Positions 29,894-41,909 of a stretch of DNA of 64,000 nucleotides are shown here, in pieces. This DNA comes from an uncultured Verrucomicrobiae bacterium. Its GTDB lineage: Bacteria; Verrucomicrobiota; Verrucomicrobiia; Chthoniobacterales; JAFAMB01. The translations under genes and the position numbers were made by a program. Positions within the stretch are counted from its first letter, which is position 1, and each line of letters opens with the position of its first letter. The DNA is taken from NCBI GenBank assembly GCA_963813025.1, contig CAWEXO010000011.1:224001-288000 (forward strand), in the 5' to 3' direction. Under the pieces are notes generated by a model. The model was not told where the DNA came from. It searched no databases and saw nothing but the letters and a program-made list of their open reading frames with translations.

Positions 29894-31027
29894 TCAAGTG
29901 GCCTTGGGTGGCTGGATGGTCTGAAAATAACGCATCGCACCGTTCTTGATCGTGAGAATGACGGCCGATTTTGTGGCGTTACGTTCCGCATTGATCGTGA
30001 TGTTTCCGGAAACGCCCGGGAAATCCTTTGTACTGGCGATTGCGTCGCGCAGCTTTTCCGGATCGGTCCCGCCCGCCCGCTTAATGGCGTCGGCCAGGAG
30101 CTTGGCTGCGTCATAGCCGAGCGCGGCGAAGGCGTCGGGCAAAGCGTTATATTTCTGTTTATACTTGGAAACGAACTGCTGCACGATCGGCGACTGGTCA
30201 TCCACCGAGAAGTGATTGGAGAAAAAGGCGCCTTCGATTGCTTTGCCGCCAACCGGAATCAGCGAGGCACCGTCCCAGCCATCACCGCCGACCAGGGTTG
30301 CCTTAATACCGAATTGGCGGGCCTGCTTGGCAATCAAGGCAGCTTCCGGATAATAGCCGGTAATGACGATGACATCCGGATTAGCCGCTTTCAAATCGGT
30401 TAATTGCGCCCGGAAATCTTTGTCACCGGAGCTGTAACTCTGTTGCTTGACCACCTCGCCTCCACGCTTTTCCAGGTAGTTCTTCGCGATATTGGTCAGG
30501 CCGACACTGTAGTCCTGTTTGACATCCGTCATGAAGGCGACCCGCTTTTTCTCCAGGTTTTCCAGGATGAACCGGGCGATAACCACGGCTTGAAAATCAT
30601 CAGTGAAACAGACGCGGAAAATGAAGTCGCCGACTTGCGTTACCCGCGGGTTGGTTGCGGCGGTCGCGATCAAGGGGATTCTGCTCTCCTGAGCGATCGG
30701 GGCTGCTTCGAGCGTTTTGGAAGATGCGACCTCTCCGATGATAGCGACGACGTGATCCTGAGAGATCAGTTTGCGAACAATAGTCGTCGTCTCACCTTGC
30801 TTTGTCTGATTATCCTCGACGATCAGATCAATTTTTTTCCCGAGAACGCCGCCGGCATCGTTGATCTCCTGGACCGCCATCTGGACGCCGTTGTTCTGGG
30901 ATGTTCCGAAACTCGCGTTGTCTCCAGTCAACGACCCAAACTCTCCGATCTTGATTGTCTCCTGAGAGATCGCCGGACCGGCCAAGGCCGCCATCAGGCA
31001 CGCCGAAAGAATAACCAAACGCTTCAT
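29894..31027 (-). CDS. Branched-chain amino acid ABC substrate-binding protein (LivJ/BraC-like), copy 1
   Basis: Signal peptide, IKIGEFGSLTG, ATNPRVT, FRVCFTDDFQ, DKDFRAQL, GGDGWD. Confidence 0.92.
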   Translation of the reverse strand: MKRLVILSACLMAALAGPAISQETIKIGEFGSLTGDNASFGTSQNNGVQMAVQEINDAGGVLGKKIDLIVEDNQTKQGETTTIVRKLISQDHVVAIIGEVASSKTLEAAPIAQESRIPLIATAATNPRVTQVGDFIFRVCFTDDFQAVVIARFILENLEKKRVAFMTDVKQDYSVGLTNIAKNYLEKRGGEVVKQQSYSSGDKDFRAQLTDLKAANPDVIVITGYYPEAALIAKQARQFGIKATLVGGDGWDGASLIPVGGKAIEGAFFSNHFSVDDQSPIVQQFVSKYKQKYNALPDAFAALGYDAAKLLADAIKRAGGTDPEKLRDAIASTKDFPGVSGNITINAERNATKSAVILTIKNGAMRYFQTIQPPKAT

Positions 31028-31086
31028 AAATCGGCGATACTAGCAACCGGCGAACAAACTGCAATTCCGGTTTTAAGGAACAGCGA

Positions 31087-31306
31087 GGTGAACCACAGAT
31101 TTCACAGATTATGACTGCCGGAAGCTACTCGGGACGTGACCGCTTCGTCACCCGCGCGGCCAAAGTAACCCGGGGCTCTCGTCTTGTACCTGGGGGAAAG
31201 TGACGCGGAAAGCCGTGCATCGTCGCCCGAAACCAGAAATTCGATCGGAGGGCAGTTCGCAAACTCTTTCTGAATCTGTGAGAATCGGTAAAATCTGTGG
31301 TTCACC
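31087..31306. mobile_element. MITE/REPIN-like element with perfect 16-bp terminal inverted repeat
   Basis: GGTGAACCACAGATTT...AAATCTGTGGTTCACC, with internal repeats of CACAGATT/AATCTGTG. Partial relative near 58790-58811. Confidence 0.75.
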
Positions 31307-31318
31307 AGATCCTCTCTT

Positions 31319-31921
31319 TTAACCGTTCATATCTTCGCCCACGACGTAGCGGCTGAACCGGCGAATGACGATATTTTCCCCGACTTCGGAGATCTGCTTG
31401 GAGATCAAGTCTTTGATGGTCTGATCCGGATCTTTGATGAAGGGCTGGTCGAGCAAGCACATGCTGGAGAAAAACTTCTCTAATTTGCCTTCGACAATTT
31501 TTGTTACGACGTTTTCCGGTTTGCCCTTTACCTGGTCTCGATAGATGTCCTTTTCTCGATCGATCACACTTGCCGGCACCTGGTCCCGACTGACATACAT
31601 CGGGTGGGCAGCCGCGATGTGTAGCGTGATGTTTGTGACGAACTCAAGAAACTTTTCGTTCTTCGCAACAAAGTCGGTCTCGCAATTGATCTCGGTCAGC
31701 ACGCCGACCTTGCCATTGAGATGGATGTAGGAAGCAATAACGCCTTCCTTGGCCGACCGACTTGCTTTCTTGGAGGCAGTGGCGATTCCCCTTTTCCGGA
31801 GGATATCCTCGGCCTTGTCGAGATCACCGTCAGATTCGACCAGTGCCCTTTTACAATCCATCATTCCGGCATTGGTTTTTTCCCGGAGTTGTTTAACGAG
31901 AGAAGGATTTACATCAGCCAT
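31319..31921 (-). CDS. tsf: Elongation factor Ts (short 200-aa type)
   Basis: VKQLREKTNAGMMDCKRAL, EINCETDFVA, CLLDQPFIKD. Confidence 0.97.
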   Translation of the reverse strand: MADVNPSLVKQLREKTNAGMMDCKRALVESDGDLDKAEDILRKRGIATASKKASRSAKEGVIASYIHLNGKVGVLTEINCETDFVAKNEKFLEFVTNITLHIAAAHPMYVSRDQVPASVIDREKDIYRDQVKGKPENVVTKIVEGKLEKFFSSMCLLDQPFIKDPDQTIKDLISKQISEVGENIVIRRFSRYVVGEDMNG

Positions 31922-31989
31922 AAACGTCGCTTTCGGCCTCTGCGCGATTTTTGACGACTAGCACACCTCAAGACGAGCGCCGTGTCGGT

Positions 31990-32718
31990 TTAACCGGCGA
32001 CGGCCGCCAGGGTAGCTGCTTCTTCCTTGGCCGACTCGTGAGAAGCCGAGTAGATGGCATCGACCAGCTTCTGCAGGATAACCCGGATCGCCCGGATCGC
32101 ATCATCGTTACCGGCAATCGGATAGGTAACCTTCTCAGGGTCCGCATTGGTGTCCACGACGGCGATCGTCGGTATCCGGAGCCGTTGCGCTTCCGCCACG
32201 GCAATAGCCTCGCGAGTCGTATCAATGATGACCAAAACGTCGGGTAGGGAATCCATGGTCCGGATCCCTTCGAGATTCCTCCGCAGCTTTTCCGCCTCGC
32301 GTCTTAAAGCCGAAAGCTCCTGTTTTCCCATCTTCGAGTACTCGGGCGATTGCTCGATCTGTTCGAGATAAGTCAGGCGTCCGACACTCTTGCGGATGGT
32401 CGCGAGATTGGTCAGGGTACCACCAAGCCATCGCTGGTTGACATAAAACTGACCGCAAGCTTGCGCTGCTTCCTTAACCGCTTCCTGGGCCTGCTTTTTG
32501 CAGCCAATGAATAACACTTTGCCGCCGTCTCGTGAAACCTGCGCCAGATAATCAGTGGCGGCTTGCAGTTGCTTGACGGTTTCGGACAAGTTGATGATGT
32601 AAATGGAATTTCTCTGCTCGAAGATGAACGGTTTCATCTTTGGATTCCACCGTTTGGTCTGGTGCCCAAAATGAACTCCGGCTTCGAGGAGTTCGGTCAT
32701 TAATTCCATTGAAGACAT
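31990..32718 (-). CDS. rpsB: 30S ribosomal protein S2
   Basis: LLEAGVHFGHQTKRWNPKM, RWLGGTLTN, IAGNDDAIR. Confidence 0.98.
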   Translation of the reverse strand: MSSMELMTELLEAGVHFGHQTKRWNPKMKPFIFEQRNSIYIINLSETVKQLQAATDYLAQVSRDGGKVLFIGCKKQAQEAVKEAAQACGQFYVNQRWLGGTLTNLATIRKSVGRLTYLEQIEQSPEYSKMGKQELSALRREAEKLRRNLEGIRTMDSLPDVLVIIDTTREAIAVAEAQRLRIPTIAVVDTNADPEKVTYPIAGNDDAIRAIRVILQKLVDAIYSASHESAKEEAATLAAVAG

Positions 32719-32775
32719 AGCTATATCTGTGAGAACCGGAAGGCATTCAAATAGGCCTTCCGCGCGGAGCCGGAG

Positions 32776-32804
32776 ACTATGCTGCAGGTGGCCCGCATCC
32801 GCAA
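32776..32804 (-). promoter_or_regulatory. Putative sigma-70 promoter of rpsB-tsf
   Basis: TTGCGG-N17-CATAGT on the minus strand, followed by a GGAAGGC...GCCTTCC leader hairpin. Confidence 0.45.
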
Positions 32805-32877
32805 GGGAAAATCTCGGAGGTTAGCAGGGGCCGAGAGTCGAAAGATCATCTCGCAGCGTGTCTTTCGCCCTTGTTCC

Positions 32878-33000
32878 GGTAGGGCGAAAATTTATTCGAG
32901 CCTCAGCGAGAACTTGTTTGAGCCGTCTGTAGCGTGGCCAGCTCCAGCGCCCGGCTCGAACGAGTCTTCGCCGAAGGCTCAGATGAATTCTCGCCCTACC
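32878..33000. mobile_element. REPIN/MITE-like element, family A, copy 2 (inverted)
   Basis: Reverse complement of 20364-20488. Arms extend outward as GCCCTTGTTCC...GGAACAAGGGC. Confidence 0.85.
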
Positions 33001-33038
33001 GGAACAAGGGCTGGTGCCACGTTGCGAGACATGCTCGT

Positions 33039-33590
33039 TCATCCGTGGGTTTCGGCGTAACGGGCGAAGAGCCAGAGCACATCAGACAGTCGATTCAGAT
33101 ACCGGATAGCATCGGGGTTGACGTGTTCGGCACTGTCGGCCAGTGCCACGACCCGCCGCTCGGCTCGCCGGCAAGTGGTTCGAGCAACATCGAGCGTAGC
33201 GGACCCCAGCGTGTGACCGGGAGTCGCCCAATGTTTAAAAATGATGTGATGATTTTTCTCGAGATCATCCACAATCGCCGTGAGCCGGTCGACCATACCC
33301 GCAGCCACCAATTCATAGCCGTCCTTCTGGTATCGCTCGCGGTCCTCATCGGCGATCGCCAGTTCACCCATCAGGATGACCAGCTCTTTCTGGATGGAAA
33401 GAACCGCACTGCCGATGAGCGGTTCGCTGACAGTCGCCCGGACCATCCCCAAGGCCGCATTTAACTCGTCGACAGTACCGTAAGCTTCCACCCGGCGCTG
33501 TGTTTTCGGCACCCGCCGATTGTACATCAGCGCCGTCTGGCCGGCGTCACCGGTTTTCGTGGCAATTGACACCTTTTTTGGCAGAGCCAA
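33039..33590 (-). CDS. PduO-type ATP:cob(I)alamin adenosyltransferase
   Basis: IATKTGDAGQT, RVEAYGTVDELNA, ARTTCRRAERR, YLNRLSDVLW. Confidence 0.93.
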   Translation of the reverse strand: MALPKKVSIATKTGDAGQTALMYNRRVPKTQRRVEAYGTVDELNAALGMVRATVSEPLIGSAVLSIQKELVILMGELAIADEDRERYQKDGYELVAAGMVDRLTAIVDDLEKNHHIIFKHWATPGHTLGSATLDVARTTCRRAERRVVALADSAEHVNPDAIRYLNRLSDVLWLFARYAETHG

Positions 33591-33613
33591 TGAACCGACG
33601 AGGGGCCTAATGC

Positions 33614-36600
33614 TTAGCCGACCGCCGGTTCCTCTTCCGGCAGCGGTGCTTCGGCAACAGGTTCTCCGGTCTCGACCATGCGAATGGCGCGGTGGTCGCT
33701 AAAACCGGTGCCCGCCGGGATGAGATGACCCATGATCACGTTTTCCTTGAAACCGCGCAGGTGATCAATTTTGCCGAGCGTGGCCGCTTCGGTCAGCACC
33801 CGGGTAGTATCCTGAAACGAGGCCGCAGAAATAAAGCTGTCCGTCTCGAGTGATGCTTTGGTTATACCCAAAAGTACCGGCACGGCTTCGGCCGGTTTAC
33901 CGCCTTGCTCGACTACTCGCCGATTCTCTTTTTCGAATTCGAGCCGGTCAATCTGGTCGCCCCACAACAGAACGGTATCGCCCGGTTCGGTGACTTTCAC
34001 CTTGCGGAGCATTTGCCGGACGATGATCTCGATGTGCTTGTCATTGATCTCGACACCCTGTAGCCGATAGACCTCCTGCACTTCATTGACCAGATGTTCC
34101 TGGAGATCCTGCGGTCCGCAAACTTCGAGAATTTCGTGCGGAACGATCGGACCCTCTGTCAGTTGGGAACCTTTTCGCACGAAATCGCCTTTGAAGACGA
34201 TGATATGCTTATTCAGAGGGATCAGGTGTTCTTCCTCCTGTCCAGTCGTCGGATCCCGCAGAATCAGTCGCCGCTTACCGCGAACCGTACCACCGAACTC
34301 AACGGTGCCATCGATTTTCGCAATTTCCGCTGCGTCTTTCGGGCGGCGTGCTTCGAACAGCTCGGCCACTCGAGGAAGACCACCCGTAATATCTTTTGTC
34401 TTGGCGATTTTCCGAGGCGTTTTCGCCAAGAGCGTTCCGGCGAGAACCTTCTTGCCTTCCTGAGCGACGATATGAGCTCCCGCAGGAATCGAATAGCTCG
34501 CCAGCACGGTGTGCGTCGGCGCTTTGCCATCCTCTACGATAACCACTTGCGGATGCAGATCTTCTTTGTGCTCGATCACCACTGTACCCAGTACACCGGT
34601 CGCTTCATCGATCTCGCGCTTCACCGTGACGCCCGGAATCATGTCCCGGAACTCAACGCGCCCCGTTTTCTCAGTCAGAATCGGAACGTTATAAGGATCC
34701 CACTGCACGAAGGTGTCGCCCTTCTTCACCGGCTGGCCGTCACCGACGGAAACCACTGAACCGACAACGACGTTATAGCGTTCGAGTTCGCGGCCATCCT
34801 TGGCGTGAACCGAGACTGAGCCGTTCTTGTTCAGCACGATGTAGTTGCCATCCACGGATTTGACGACCCTCAGTTCGTTAAAGTGAAGAGTCCCTTCGTT
34901 CTTTGCTTTGATGATCGGTTGCTTGAAAAGCTGCGTCGCCGTACCACCGATGTGGAAGGTACGCATGGTGAGCTGAGTGCCCGGCTCCCCGATGCTTTGC
35001 GCGGCGATGATACCGACTGCTTCCCCGAGCTTCACCATTTGCCCGGTAGCCAGGTTGCGTCCGTAGCAGCGCGCACAAACGCCCCGCTTCGACTCGCAGG
35101 TCAGGACCGACCGGATCTTAAGCTGCTCCACCCCGATATCCATAAGGGCCTGACCATGCGGCTCTTCGATCAGCTCGTTGACCTTAATGATATTCTTTTT
35201 CGTGACTGGATTGACAATCGTCTCACAACTGACGCGCCCGACAATCCTCGTCGCCAAGTCGACTACCTCATCGTCGCCTTCATAAATCGGGCGAACAACG
35301 ATGCCGTTGGCCGTACCGCAATCCGGCTCGACGATGATGACGTCCTGCGCCGCATCGACCAATTTCCGGGTCAGATAACCCGAGTCTGCCGTTTTCAAAG
35401 CGGTATCAGCCAGGCCTTTCCGGGCGCCGTGAGTGGAGATGAAATACTCCAGGACCGATAAACCTTCCCGAAAGTTGGAAGTGATGGGACGCTCAATGAT
35501 TTCCCCCGAAGGCTTCGCCATCAAACCGCGCATTCCGGCCAACTGTTTGACCTGTTGCCGATTGCCTCGAGCGCCCGAGTCCTGCATCAGATACACCGGG
35601 TTCAGCTCGCGCCGTCCTTCGTTATACTCCAGTGTACGGAACATCACGTTGGAGATCTCCTCACCGGCGTGAGTCCAGATATCGATGATCTTGTTGTAAC
35701 GCTCGCCGTCGGTGATGATACCGCTGCGGTATTGACGCTCGACCAGGGAGATCTGCTTGTAGGCTTTATCCAGCTCGATCTTCTTTTCCTCCGGGATTAT
35801 CATGTCGGTAATGCCGATAGACACGCCCGCTTTCGTTGCCCAGTGGAAGCCGAGTTCCTTCAGTTTGTCCAGTGTCTCGACGGTACCGCTCTGGCCGGCT
35901 ACCTGGTAAGTACGCCAAATGATGTCGCTCAGCTGTTTCTTGCCGGCCACTTTGTTGAAATAACCAAGCTGCGCCGGCCAGATCCCGTTGAATACCACTC
36001 GGCCCGCAGTCGTTTCGAGCGTTTTGTTCTCAGAATTTCCGTAGATCGTCTGCCGGCCAAAATCCGGATTCCGGAAACGAATCCGGTCATGAACACGAAT
36101 AGCGCCTTCGGTTAGAGCAAACTCCAGCTCCGTCGCATTTGCGAAGAGCCGCAAGCGCTCCTCGTTCTGGGCGCCCTTGCGCGGATTTTGGGTAAGATAG
36201 TAGCAGCCAAGCACGATATCCTGGGACGGAGTCGTAATTGGTTTGCCGCTCGAAGGTGAAAAGATGTTGTTTGGCGCCAGCATCAGGAGGCGAGCCTCCA
36301 TTTGCGCTTCCACCGATAGAGGGACGTGGACGGCCATCTGGTCGCCATCGAAGTCAGCATTGTAGGCGGTGCAGACCAGGGGATGGACCCGGATTGCTTC
36401 ACCTTCGATCAGCATGGGCTCGAACGCCTGGATCGAAAGCCGGTGCAGAGTCGGCGCTCGATTCAGCAACACAGGGTGACCTCTGGTGACCTCATCGAGA
36501 ATGTCCCAGACCTCCGGTGTCTGGCGCTCTATCATCTTTTTGGCGCTCCGGACCGTGTGCACGTATCCCAGTTCCTTCAGACGGCGAATAATGAACGGCT

Positions 36601-37735
36601 CAAACAGGACGAGGGCCATCTTTTTCGGAAGCCCGCACTGGTGCAGTTTCAATTCCGGCCCAATGACAATCACCGATCGGCCGGAATAGTCGACCCGTTT
36701 ACCAAGAAGATTCTGGCGAAAGCGGCCGCCCTTGCCTTTCAGCATATCGCTGAGAGATTTCAGGGGACGGTTGCCGGCGCCGGTAACGGCGCGCCCATGC
36801 CGGCCGTTATCAAACAAGGCGTCGACCGCCTCCTGCAGCATGCGCTTCTCGTTCCGGATGATCACATCGGGAGTCTTCAGCTGGAGCAGGTTTTTCAACC
36901 GGTTATTTCGATTGATGACTCTCCGGTAGAGATCGTTTAGGTCAGAGGTCGCGAATCGGCCGCCTTCCAGCGGTACCAAAGGCCTCAGATCTGGCGGGAT
37001 CACCGGAAGAACATCCAGGATCATCCATTCCGGACGCGAATGCGAACTCATGAAACCCTGCACAAGCTTGAGGCGTTTGGCCAACTTCTTGCGAATTTGT
37101 TTGCTCTTGGTGTTGTTGATCGCTTCTTCGAGCTCGCGATTGAGCTGGTGTAATTCGGCCTGGGTAAGCAGCAGCCTGATCGCTTCGGCTCCCATGCCGG
37201 CGACAAACGTATCGCCATACTGCTCCTGCGCTTCGCGATATTCCTGCTCGTTGAGCAACTGGCATTTCTGCAGCGGCGTCTGGCCCGGATCGATGACGAT
37301 GTAATCCTCGTAATAGATCACTCGCTCAAGCTGCCGAGAGCTCATGTCGAGCATCAAGCCGATCCGCGAAGGCATACACTTGTAGAACCAGATGTGCGAG
37401 ACCGGCACGGCGAGTTCGATGTGACCCATCCGTTCCCGGCGGACCCGAGAGAGGGTGACTTCCACACCGCACCGATCGCAGATGACGCCCTTGTGTTTGA
37501 TGCGTTTGTATTTTCCACAGGAACATTCCCAGTCCCGGGTCGGTCCGAAGATACGTTCGCAGAATAGACCGCCTTTCTCTGGTTTGAATGTTCGGTAATT
37601 GATTGTTTCTGGATTTTTGACCTCGCCCTTACTCCAGGAACGAATGGCATCGGGAGAAGCGACACTGATTCCGACCTGGTCAAACCCGACGGAGCGTTCT
37701 TCACCGAAAATTTCGCGAAGATTGGTTTCGTTCAT
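33614..37735 (-). CDS. rpoC: RNA polymerase beta' subunit
   Basis: [15 protein letters not shown], catalytic [27 protein letters not shown]. Confidence 0.99.
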   Translation of the reverse strand: MNETNLREIFGEERSVGFDQVGISVASPDAIRSWSKGEVKNPETINYRTFKPEKGGLFCERIFGPTRDWECSCGKYKRIKHKGVICDRCGVEVTLSRVRRERMGHIELAVPVSHIWFYKCMPSRIGLMLDMSSRQLERVIYYEDYIVIDPGQTPLQKCQLLNEQEYREAQEQYGDTFVAGMGAEAIRLLLTQAELHQLNRELEEAINNTKSKQIRKKLAKRLKLVQGFMSSHSRPEWMILDVLPVIPPDLRPLVPLEGGRFATSDLNDLYRRVINRNNRLKNLLQLKTPDVIIRNEKRMLQEAVDALFDNGRHGRAVTGAGNRPLKSLSDMLKGKGGRFRQNLLGKRVDYSGRSVIVIGPELKLHQCGLPKKMALVLFEPFIIRRLKELGYVHTVRSAKKMIERQTPEVWDILDEVTRGHPVLLNRAPTLHRLSIQAFEPMLIEGEAIRVHPLVCTAYNADFDGDQMAVHVPLSVEAQMEARLLMLAPNNIFSPSSGKPITTPSQDIVLGCYYLTQNPRKGAQNEERLRLFANATELEFALTEGAIRVHDRIRFRNPDFGRQTIYGNSENKTLETTAGRVVFNGIWPAQLGYFNKVAGKKQLSDIIWRTYQVAGQSGTVETLDKLKELGFHWATKAGVSIGITDMIIPEEKKIELDKAYKQISLVERQYRSGIITDGERYNKIIDIWTHAGEEISNVMFRTLEYNEGRRELNPVYLMQDSGARGNRQQVKQLAGMRGLMAKPSGEIIERPITSNFREGLSVLEYFISTHGARKGLADTALKTADSGYLTRKLVDAAQDVIIVEPDCGTANGIVVRPIYEGDDEVVDLATRIVGRVSCETIVNPVTKKNIIKVNELIEEPHGQALMDIGVEQLKIRSVLTCESKRGVCARCYGRNLATGQMVKLGEAVGIIAAQSIGEPGTQLTMRTFHIGGTATQLFKQPIIKAKNEGTLHFNELRVVKSVDGNYIVLNKNGSVSVHAKDGRELERYNVVVGSVVSVGDGQPVKKGDTFVQWDPYNVPILTEKTGRVEFRDMIPGVTVKREIDEATGVLGTVVIEHKEDLHPQVVIVEDGKAPTHTVLASYSIPAGAHIVAQEGKKVLAGTLLAKTPRKIAKTKDITGGLPRVAELFEARRPKDAAEIAKIDGTVEFGGTVRGKRRLILRDPTTGQEEEHLIPLNKHIIVFKGDFVRKGSQLTEGPIVPHEILEVCGPQDLQEHLVNEVQEVYRLQGVEINDKHIEIIVRQMLRKVKVTEPGDTVLLWGDQIDRLEFEKENRRVVEQGGKPAEAVPVLLGITKASLETDSFISAASFQDTTRVLTEAATLGKIDHLRGFKENVIMGHLIPAGTGFSDHRAIRMVETGEPVAEAPLPEEEPAVG

Positions 37736-37851
37736 AATTCGCGGACTACTGGTTTATTAGAAAATTTTGCTGCAGCTCTCCCGTTTCCCGCCTGGCTGAA
37801 CAAAAGAATAACTGATTGGATTGTGATCATTGATTCGGGACCGGCCGAGGC

Positions 37852-40800
37852 CTACACGGCGGCGGCGGTCAACTCCAGAGAAGGATCAGGATAAGTTTGC
37901 GGTCGCCCCCCAACCTTTACGTCGAGGCCGAGGCTTTGCATTTCCTTGATCAAAACGTTGAAAGACTCCGGCGTACCCGCCTCCAGCGAGTTATCGCCTT
38001 TCACGATCGATTCGTAGATCCGGGTGCGGCCTTGCACATCATCGGATTTAACCGTCAGCAACTCTTGCAAGGTATAGGCCGCACCATAGGCTTCCAGAGC
38101 CCAGACCTCCATTTCCCCAAATCGTTGACCCCCATATTGGGCTTTGCCGCCCAGTGGTTGCTGCGTGACCAGCGAGTAAGGTCCCACCGCACGCGCGTGA
38201 ATCTTGTCCGCGACCAAGTGGCCAAGCTTCAGCATATAAATATAGCCCACCACGACGTTCTGATCGAACGGCTCGCCGGTACGGCCGTCACGCAACTCCG
38301 ACTTGCCGTTCTCGTTGACCCAGGCGAACCCACTCTTCTTCTTCGCCTCTGTCAGATACTTGCGAATCTCCGGTTCCTCAATTCCATCGAAGACCGGAGT
38401 GGCTACATTGAAGCCCAATGCCTTTGCCGCTACACCCAAGTGTGTTTCAAGGACTTGACCGACATTCATTCGGCTCGGCACTCCAAGCGGGTTCAGCACG
38501 ATCTCAACCGGCGTACCATCACTGAGGAATGGCATGTCCTCTTCCGCCACGATTTTCGCAACCACGCCCTTGTTGCCATGCCGGCCTGCCATCTTGTCGC
38601 CGACACTCAATTTGCGTTTGCTCGCAATGTAAACTTTGACCTGTTTGATAATCCCCGGATCAATGTCATCGCCGCTCTCGATTCGATCCAGAGAGCGTTC
38701 TTTCTCGAGATCGAGCTCGGCAAACTTGTGTTCGAACTGGCTGATGATCTCCCGAATCTTGTTACGGATCGGACTCGGATCGATGTCGATATGGTCGTAT
38801 ACTCCGGCCAGTTTTCGCAGGAGTGTCTTGGTGATCTTGCGGTTGGCCGGAATGATGATTTCGCCGGTCTCGGCGTTCACCACATCGAGCGGAATCTTTT
38901 CGCCGAGAAGAACGTTGGAAAGAGCCTCCGTGAGTTCTTCGTGCAACTCTTCCTTCCTTTGACGGTAATCTTCGGAAATTTGTTTCGCCTGGCGCTTGGT
39001 CTCCGCTGGAGTCAGTTTTTGCTTCTGGACTTCTTTGCGTGAAGAGACCTTGACATCCATCACAATACCGTACGTACCGGAAGGCACGGTCAGCGAAGTG
39101 TCTTTGACGTCGGCGGCCTTCTCACCAAAGATCGCTCGCAACAGACGTTCTTCCGGCGCTAGCTCGGTTTCGCTTTTCGGAGTAATTTTACCGACCAAAA
39201 TATCCCCCGGCTTCACCTCTGCACCGACCCGAATCACGCCGTCCGGACTGAGATTACGCAAAGCCTCTTCGCTGACATTCGGGATATCACGCGTGATTTC
39301 TTCTGGCCCGAGCTTGGTATCACGCGCCCCGATTTCAAACTCATCAATGTGGATGGAAGTATAGATATCCTCCTTGACCACTTTTTCCGAGATCAGGATG
39401 GCGTCTTCAAAGTTGTAGCCATTCCAGGGCATGAACGCGACGAGAACGTTTCGGCCGAGCGCCAACTCACCGTTCTCGGTATTCGGCCCATCCGCGATTA
39501 CCTGCCCGGCCTCGATCTTTTCGCCCTTCCGTACGATCGGCTTCTGGTTGATGCAAGTCCCCGCGTTTGACCGCATGAACTTACGCAATTCGTAGACAAA
39601 GCAGCCGGCTTCGGGCCGGCTGACCAGCCGGCGTTTGCTGTCGGGCGCTTTGCCGTCCTTGGTGACAATGATGTGCTCGGCGCTCACCGAGGCAACAATC
39701 CCGTCCGCCTCGGCCACAATAACCGCTCGAGAATCGCGCGCGACTTTTCCTTCTAATCCGGTTCCGACCAGCGGGGCCTCCGATCGAATCAGCGGGACGC
39801 CCTGACGCTGCATGTTCGAGCCCATTAAAGCACGGTTCGCATCGTCGTGTTCCAAAAAGGGAATCAGGCCCGCGGCCACTGAGACCAGTTGTTTCGGCGA
39901 GATATCCATGTAGTGGATCTTGTTCGGCTCGACTTCAAGAAAATCGCCGCGGTAACGGCAGGAAACCTTGACGTCGACGAAATGGCCGCGCGCATCCAAA
40001 GGGGCGTTGGCCTGCGCGACGAGATAATTCTCTTCGCGATCAGCCGTCAGAAATTCGATTTGATCAGTTACCCGCCCGTTCTCGACTCGGCGATAGGGTG
40101 TCTCGATAAACCCGAAATCGTTGATCCGCGCGAAGGTGCTCATCGAGCTGATCAGCCCAATATTCGGACCCTCCGGCGTCTCGATCGGGCAAATCCGCCC
40201 GTAGTGGGAGGGATGGACATCACGAACCTCGAATCCGGCGCGATCACGGCTCAATCCGCCTGGCCCGAGCGCAGACAGCCTGCGTTTGTGAGTGAGCTCG
40301 GCAAGCGGGTTGGTTTGATCCATAAACTGACTTAGCTGCGAACGTCCGAAGAAATCGCGGATCACCGCGCTCAAAGCCTTCGGGTTGATCAATTTCTGCG
40401 GAGTCATTCCGTCGATATTGACGTCAAAGAGAGTCATTCGCTCTTTTACCAGGCGTTCGGTCCTGGCCAAACCAACCCGGCACTGATTGGCGAGCAATTC
40501 ACCCACCGTCCGAACGCGGCGACTGCCCAGATGGTCGATATCGTCAAGCAGCCCTTCACCCTTGCGCAGGGTGACCAGATATTTCATCGCGCCGATAAAA
40601 TCCTCCTTGGTGAGGGTGCGCTCAGCCAGGTCAACGTCGATGCCCAGTTTTTGGTTGATCTTGTAGCGTCCCACTCGACCCAGGTCGTACTTCTTCGGAT
40701 CGAAGAATAAGCGACGCAGCAAACCCCGCGCATTCGCCACGGTTGGCGGATCGCCCGGGCGCAAACGCCGGTAGATATCTTTGAGCGCCTCTTCCTCGTC

Positions 40801-41667
40801 GTGAGCTGGATCTTTCTTGAGGGATTTGATGATCGTATCATCATTTTTCGTGTCGACGACTTCTACCTCGGTGACTCCAAGACTGAGGATCTGCTGAATA
40901 GTTGCCTTGGTGAGGGGTTCAAAAGCTCGGGCCACGGTAATCTCGCCGTCTCGAACATCGCTGATCAGAACTTTGGTAGTCAGTTCCTCCTCTTCGAGAT
41001 CGTTGCGCAGCGGCAGCTTCTCGATGTTATAAAAAAGCCGGATGATTTCCGCGTCTGATCCATAGCCGATCGCCCGCAGGAAAGTTGTAGCGAGGAACTT
41101 CCGACGCCTTTTTCGCCGATCGAGGTAGATGTAAAGGAGATCGTTGGTATCGAACTGCACCTCAAGCCATGAGCCGCGATCCGGAATGATACGAAAGCTG
41201 TAAAGGACCTTCCCATTCAGGTGAATCGAGGACTCAAAGGCAATGCCGGGCGAGCGATGCAGCTGGCTGACAACGACCCGTTCGGCTCCGTTGATCACGA
41301 AGGTTCCCTGCGGAGTCATGAGCGGGATCTCGCCCATATACACCTTCTCCTCCTTAGTGCCTTTTTCGTCTTTCAACTGAAAGGTAACGTGCAAAGGAGC
41401 GCTCAAGGTCTGACCTTCCCGTTGACACTCCAGAGCGGACATTTTCGGGTCGCCGATGTCGTAGCTCACGAAATCGAGAACGACCTTGTCGTCGTAACTC
41501 TGAATTGGGAAAACCTCTCGAAAAACTGCTTGCAAGCCGACGCTCTTGCGTCTGCTTGGCGGGATATCCTTCTGAAGAAACTCGACGTAGGAGTTGAGCT
41601 GGACCTCAATCAGGTTTGGTGGCTCAACGGCTTCTTTAATCTTTCCGAAATAAATGCGCTCTGACAT
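37852..41667 (-). CDS. rpoB: RNA polymerase beta subunit
   Basis: [43 protein letters not shown]. Confidence 0.99.
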   Translation of the reverse strand: MSERIYFGKIKEAVEPPNLIEVQLNSYVEFLQKDIPPSRRKSVGLQAVFREVFPIQSYDDKVVLDFVSYDIGDPKMSALECQREGQTLSAPLHVTFQLKDEKGTKEEKVYMGEIPLMTPQGTFVINGAERVVVSQLHRSPGIAFESSIHLNGKVLYSFRIIPDRGSWLEVQFDTNDLLYIYLDRRKRRRKFLATTFLRAIGYGSDAEIIRLFYNIEKLPLRNDLEEEELTTKVLISDVRDGEITVARAFEPLTKATIQQILSLGVTEVEVVDTKNDDTIIKSLKKDPAHDEEEALKDIYRRLRPGDPPTVANARGLLRRLFFDPKKYDLGRVGRYKINQKLGIDVDLAERTLTKEDFIGAMKYLVTLRKGEGLLDDIDHLGSRRVRTVGELLANQCRVGLARTERLVKERMTLFDVNIDGMTPQKLINPKALSAVIRDFFGRSQLSQFMDQTNPLAELTHKRRLSALGPGGLSRDRAGFEVRDVHPSHYGRICPIETPEGPNIGLISSMSTFARINDFGFIETPYRRVENGRVTDQIEFLTADREENYLVAQANAPLDARGHFVDVKVSCRYRGDFLEVEPNKIHYMDISPKQLVSVAAGLIPFLEHDDANRALMGSNMQRQGVPLIRSEAPLVGTGLEGKVARDSRAVIVAEADGIVASVSAEHIIVTKDGKAPDSKRRLVSRPEAGCFVYELRKFMRSNAGTCINQKPIVRKGEKIEAGQVIADGPNTENGELALGRNVLVAFMPWNGYNFEDAILISEKVVKEDIYTSIHIDEFEIGARDTKLGPEEITRDIPNVSEEALRNLSPDGVIRVGAEVKPGDILVGKITPKSETELAPEERLLRAIFGEKAADVKDTSLTVPSGTYGIVMDVKVSSRKEVQKQKLTPAETKRQAKQISEDYRQRKEELHEELTEALSNVLLGEKIPLDVVNAETGEIIIPANRKITKTLLRKLAGVYDHIDIDPSPIRNKIREIISQFEHKFAELDLEKERSLDRIESGDDIDPGIIKQVKVYIASKRKLSVGDKMAGRHGNKGVVAKIVAEEDMPFLSDGTPVEIVLNPLGVPSRMNVGQVLETHLGVAAKALGFNVATPVFDGIEEPEIRKYLTEAKKKSGFAWVNENGKSELRDGRTGEPFDQNVVVGYIYMLKLGHLVADKIHARAVGPYSLVTQQPLGGKAQYGGQRFGEMEVWALEAYGAAYTLQELLTVKSDDVQGRTRIYESIVKGDNSLEAGTPESFNVLIKEMQSLGLDVKVGGRPQTYPDPSLELTAAAV

Positions 41668-41881
41668 ACGAGATCGTTAATCTAAGCCGAACCGGCACTT
41701 GCTCGTCGAAACCTGGGGAACGCCTACCTGTGGAGGTGGGATTTCAACAGCAAAGGGGAACAGAAGTAGCCCCAGTCACATGGCTTGTCAAATAAGCCAC
41801 GCAAAAGGAGCCGACAAACTAAAACGTTGTTGTTAAACGTGCGAGCGATATCTCGAGTTCCCCCGCGGATAACGGAAAGGC

Positions 41882-41909
41882 ACTCTAGCAGGGAAAAACG
41901 GAGACGCAA
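41882..41909 (-). promoter_or_regulatory. Putative promoter of rpoBC
   Basis: TTGCGT-N16-TAGAGT with a TG extension, about 215 bp upstream of rpoB and downstream of the rplL terminator. Confidence 0.45.
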
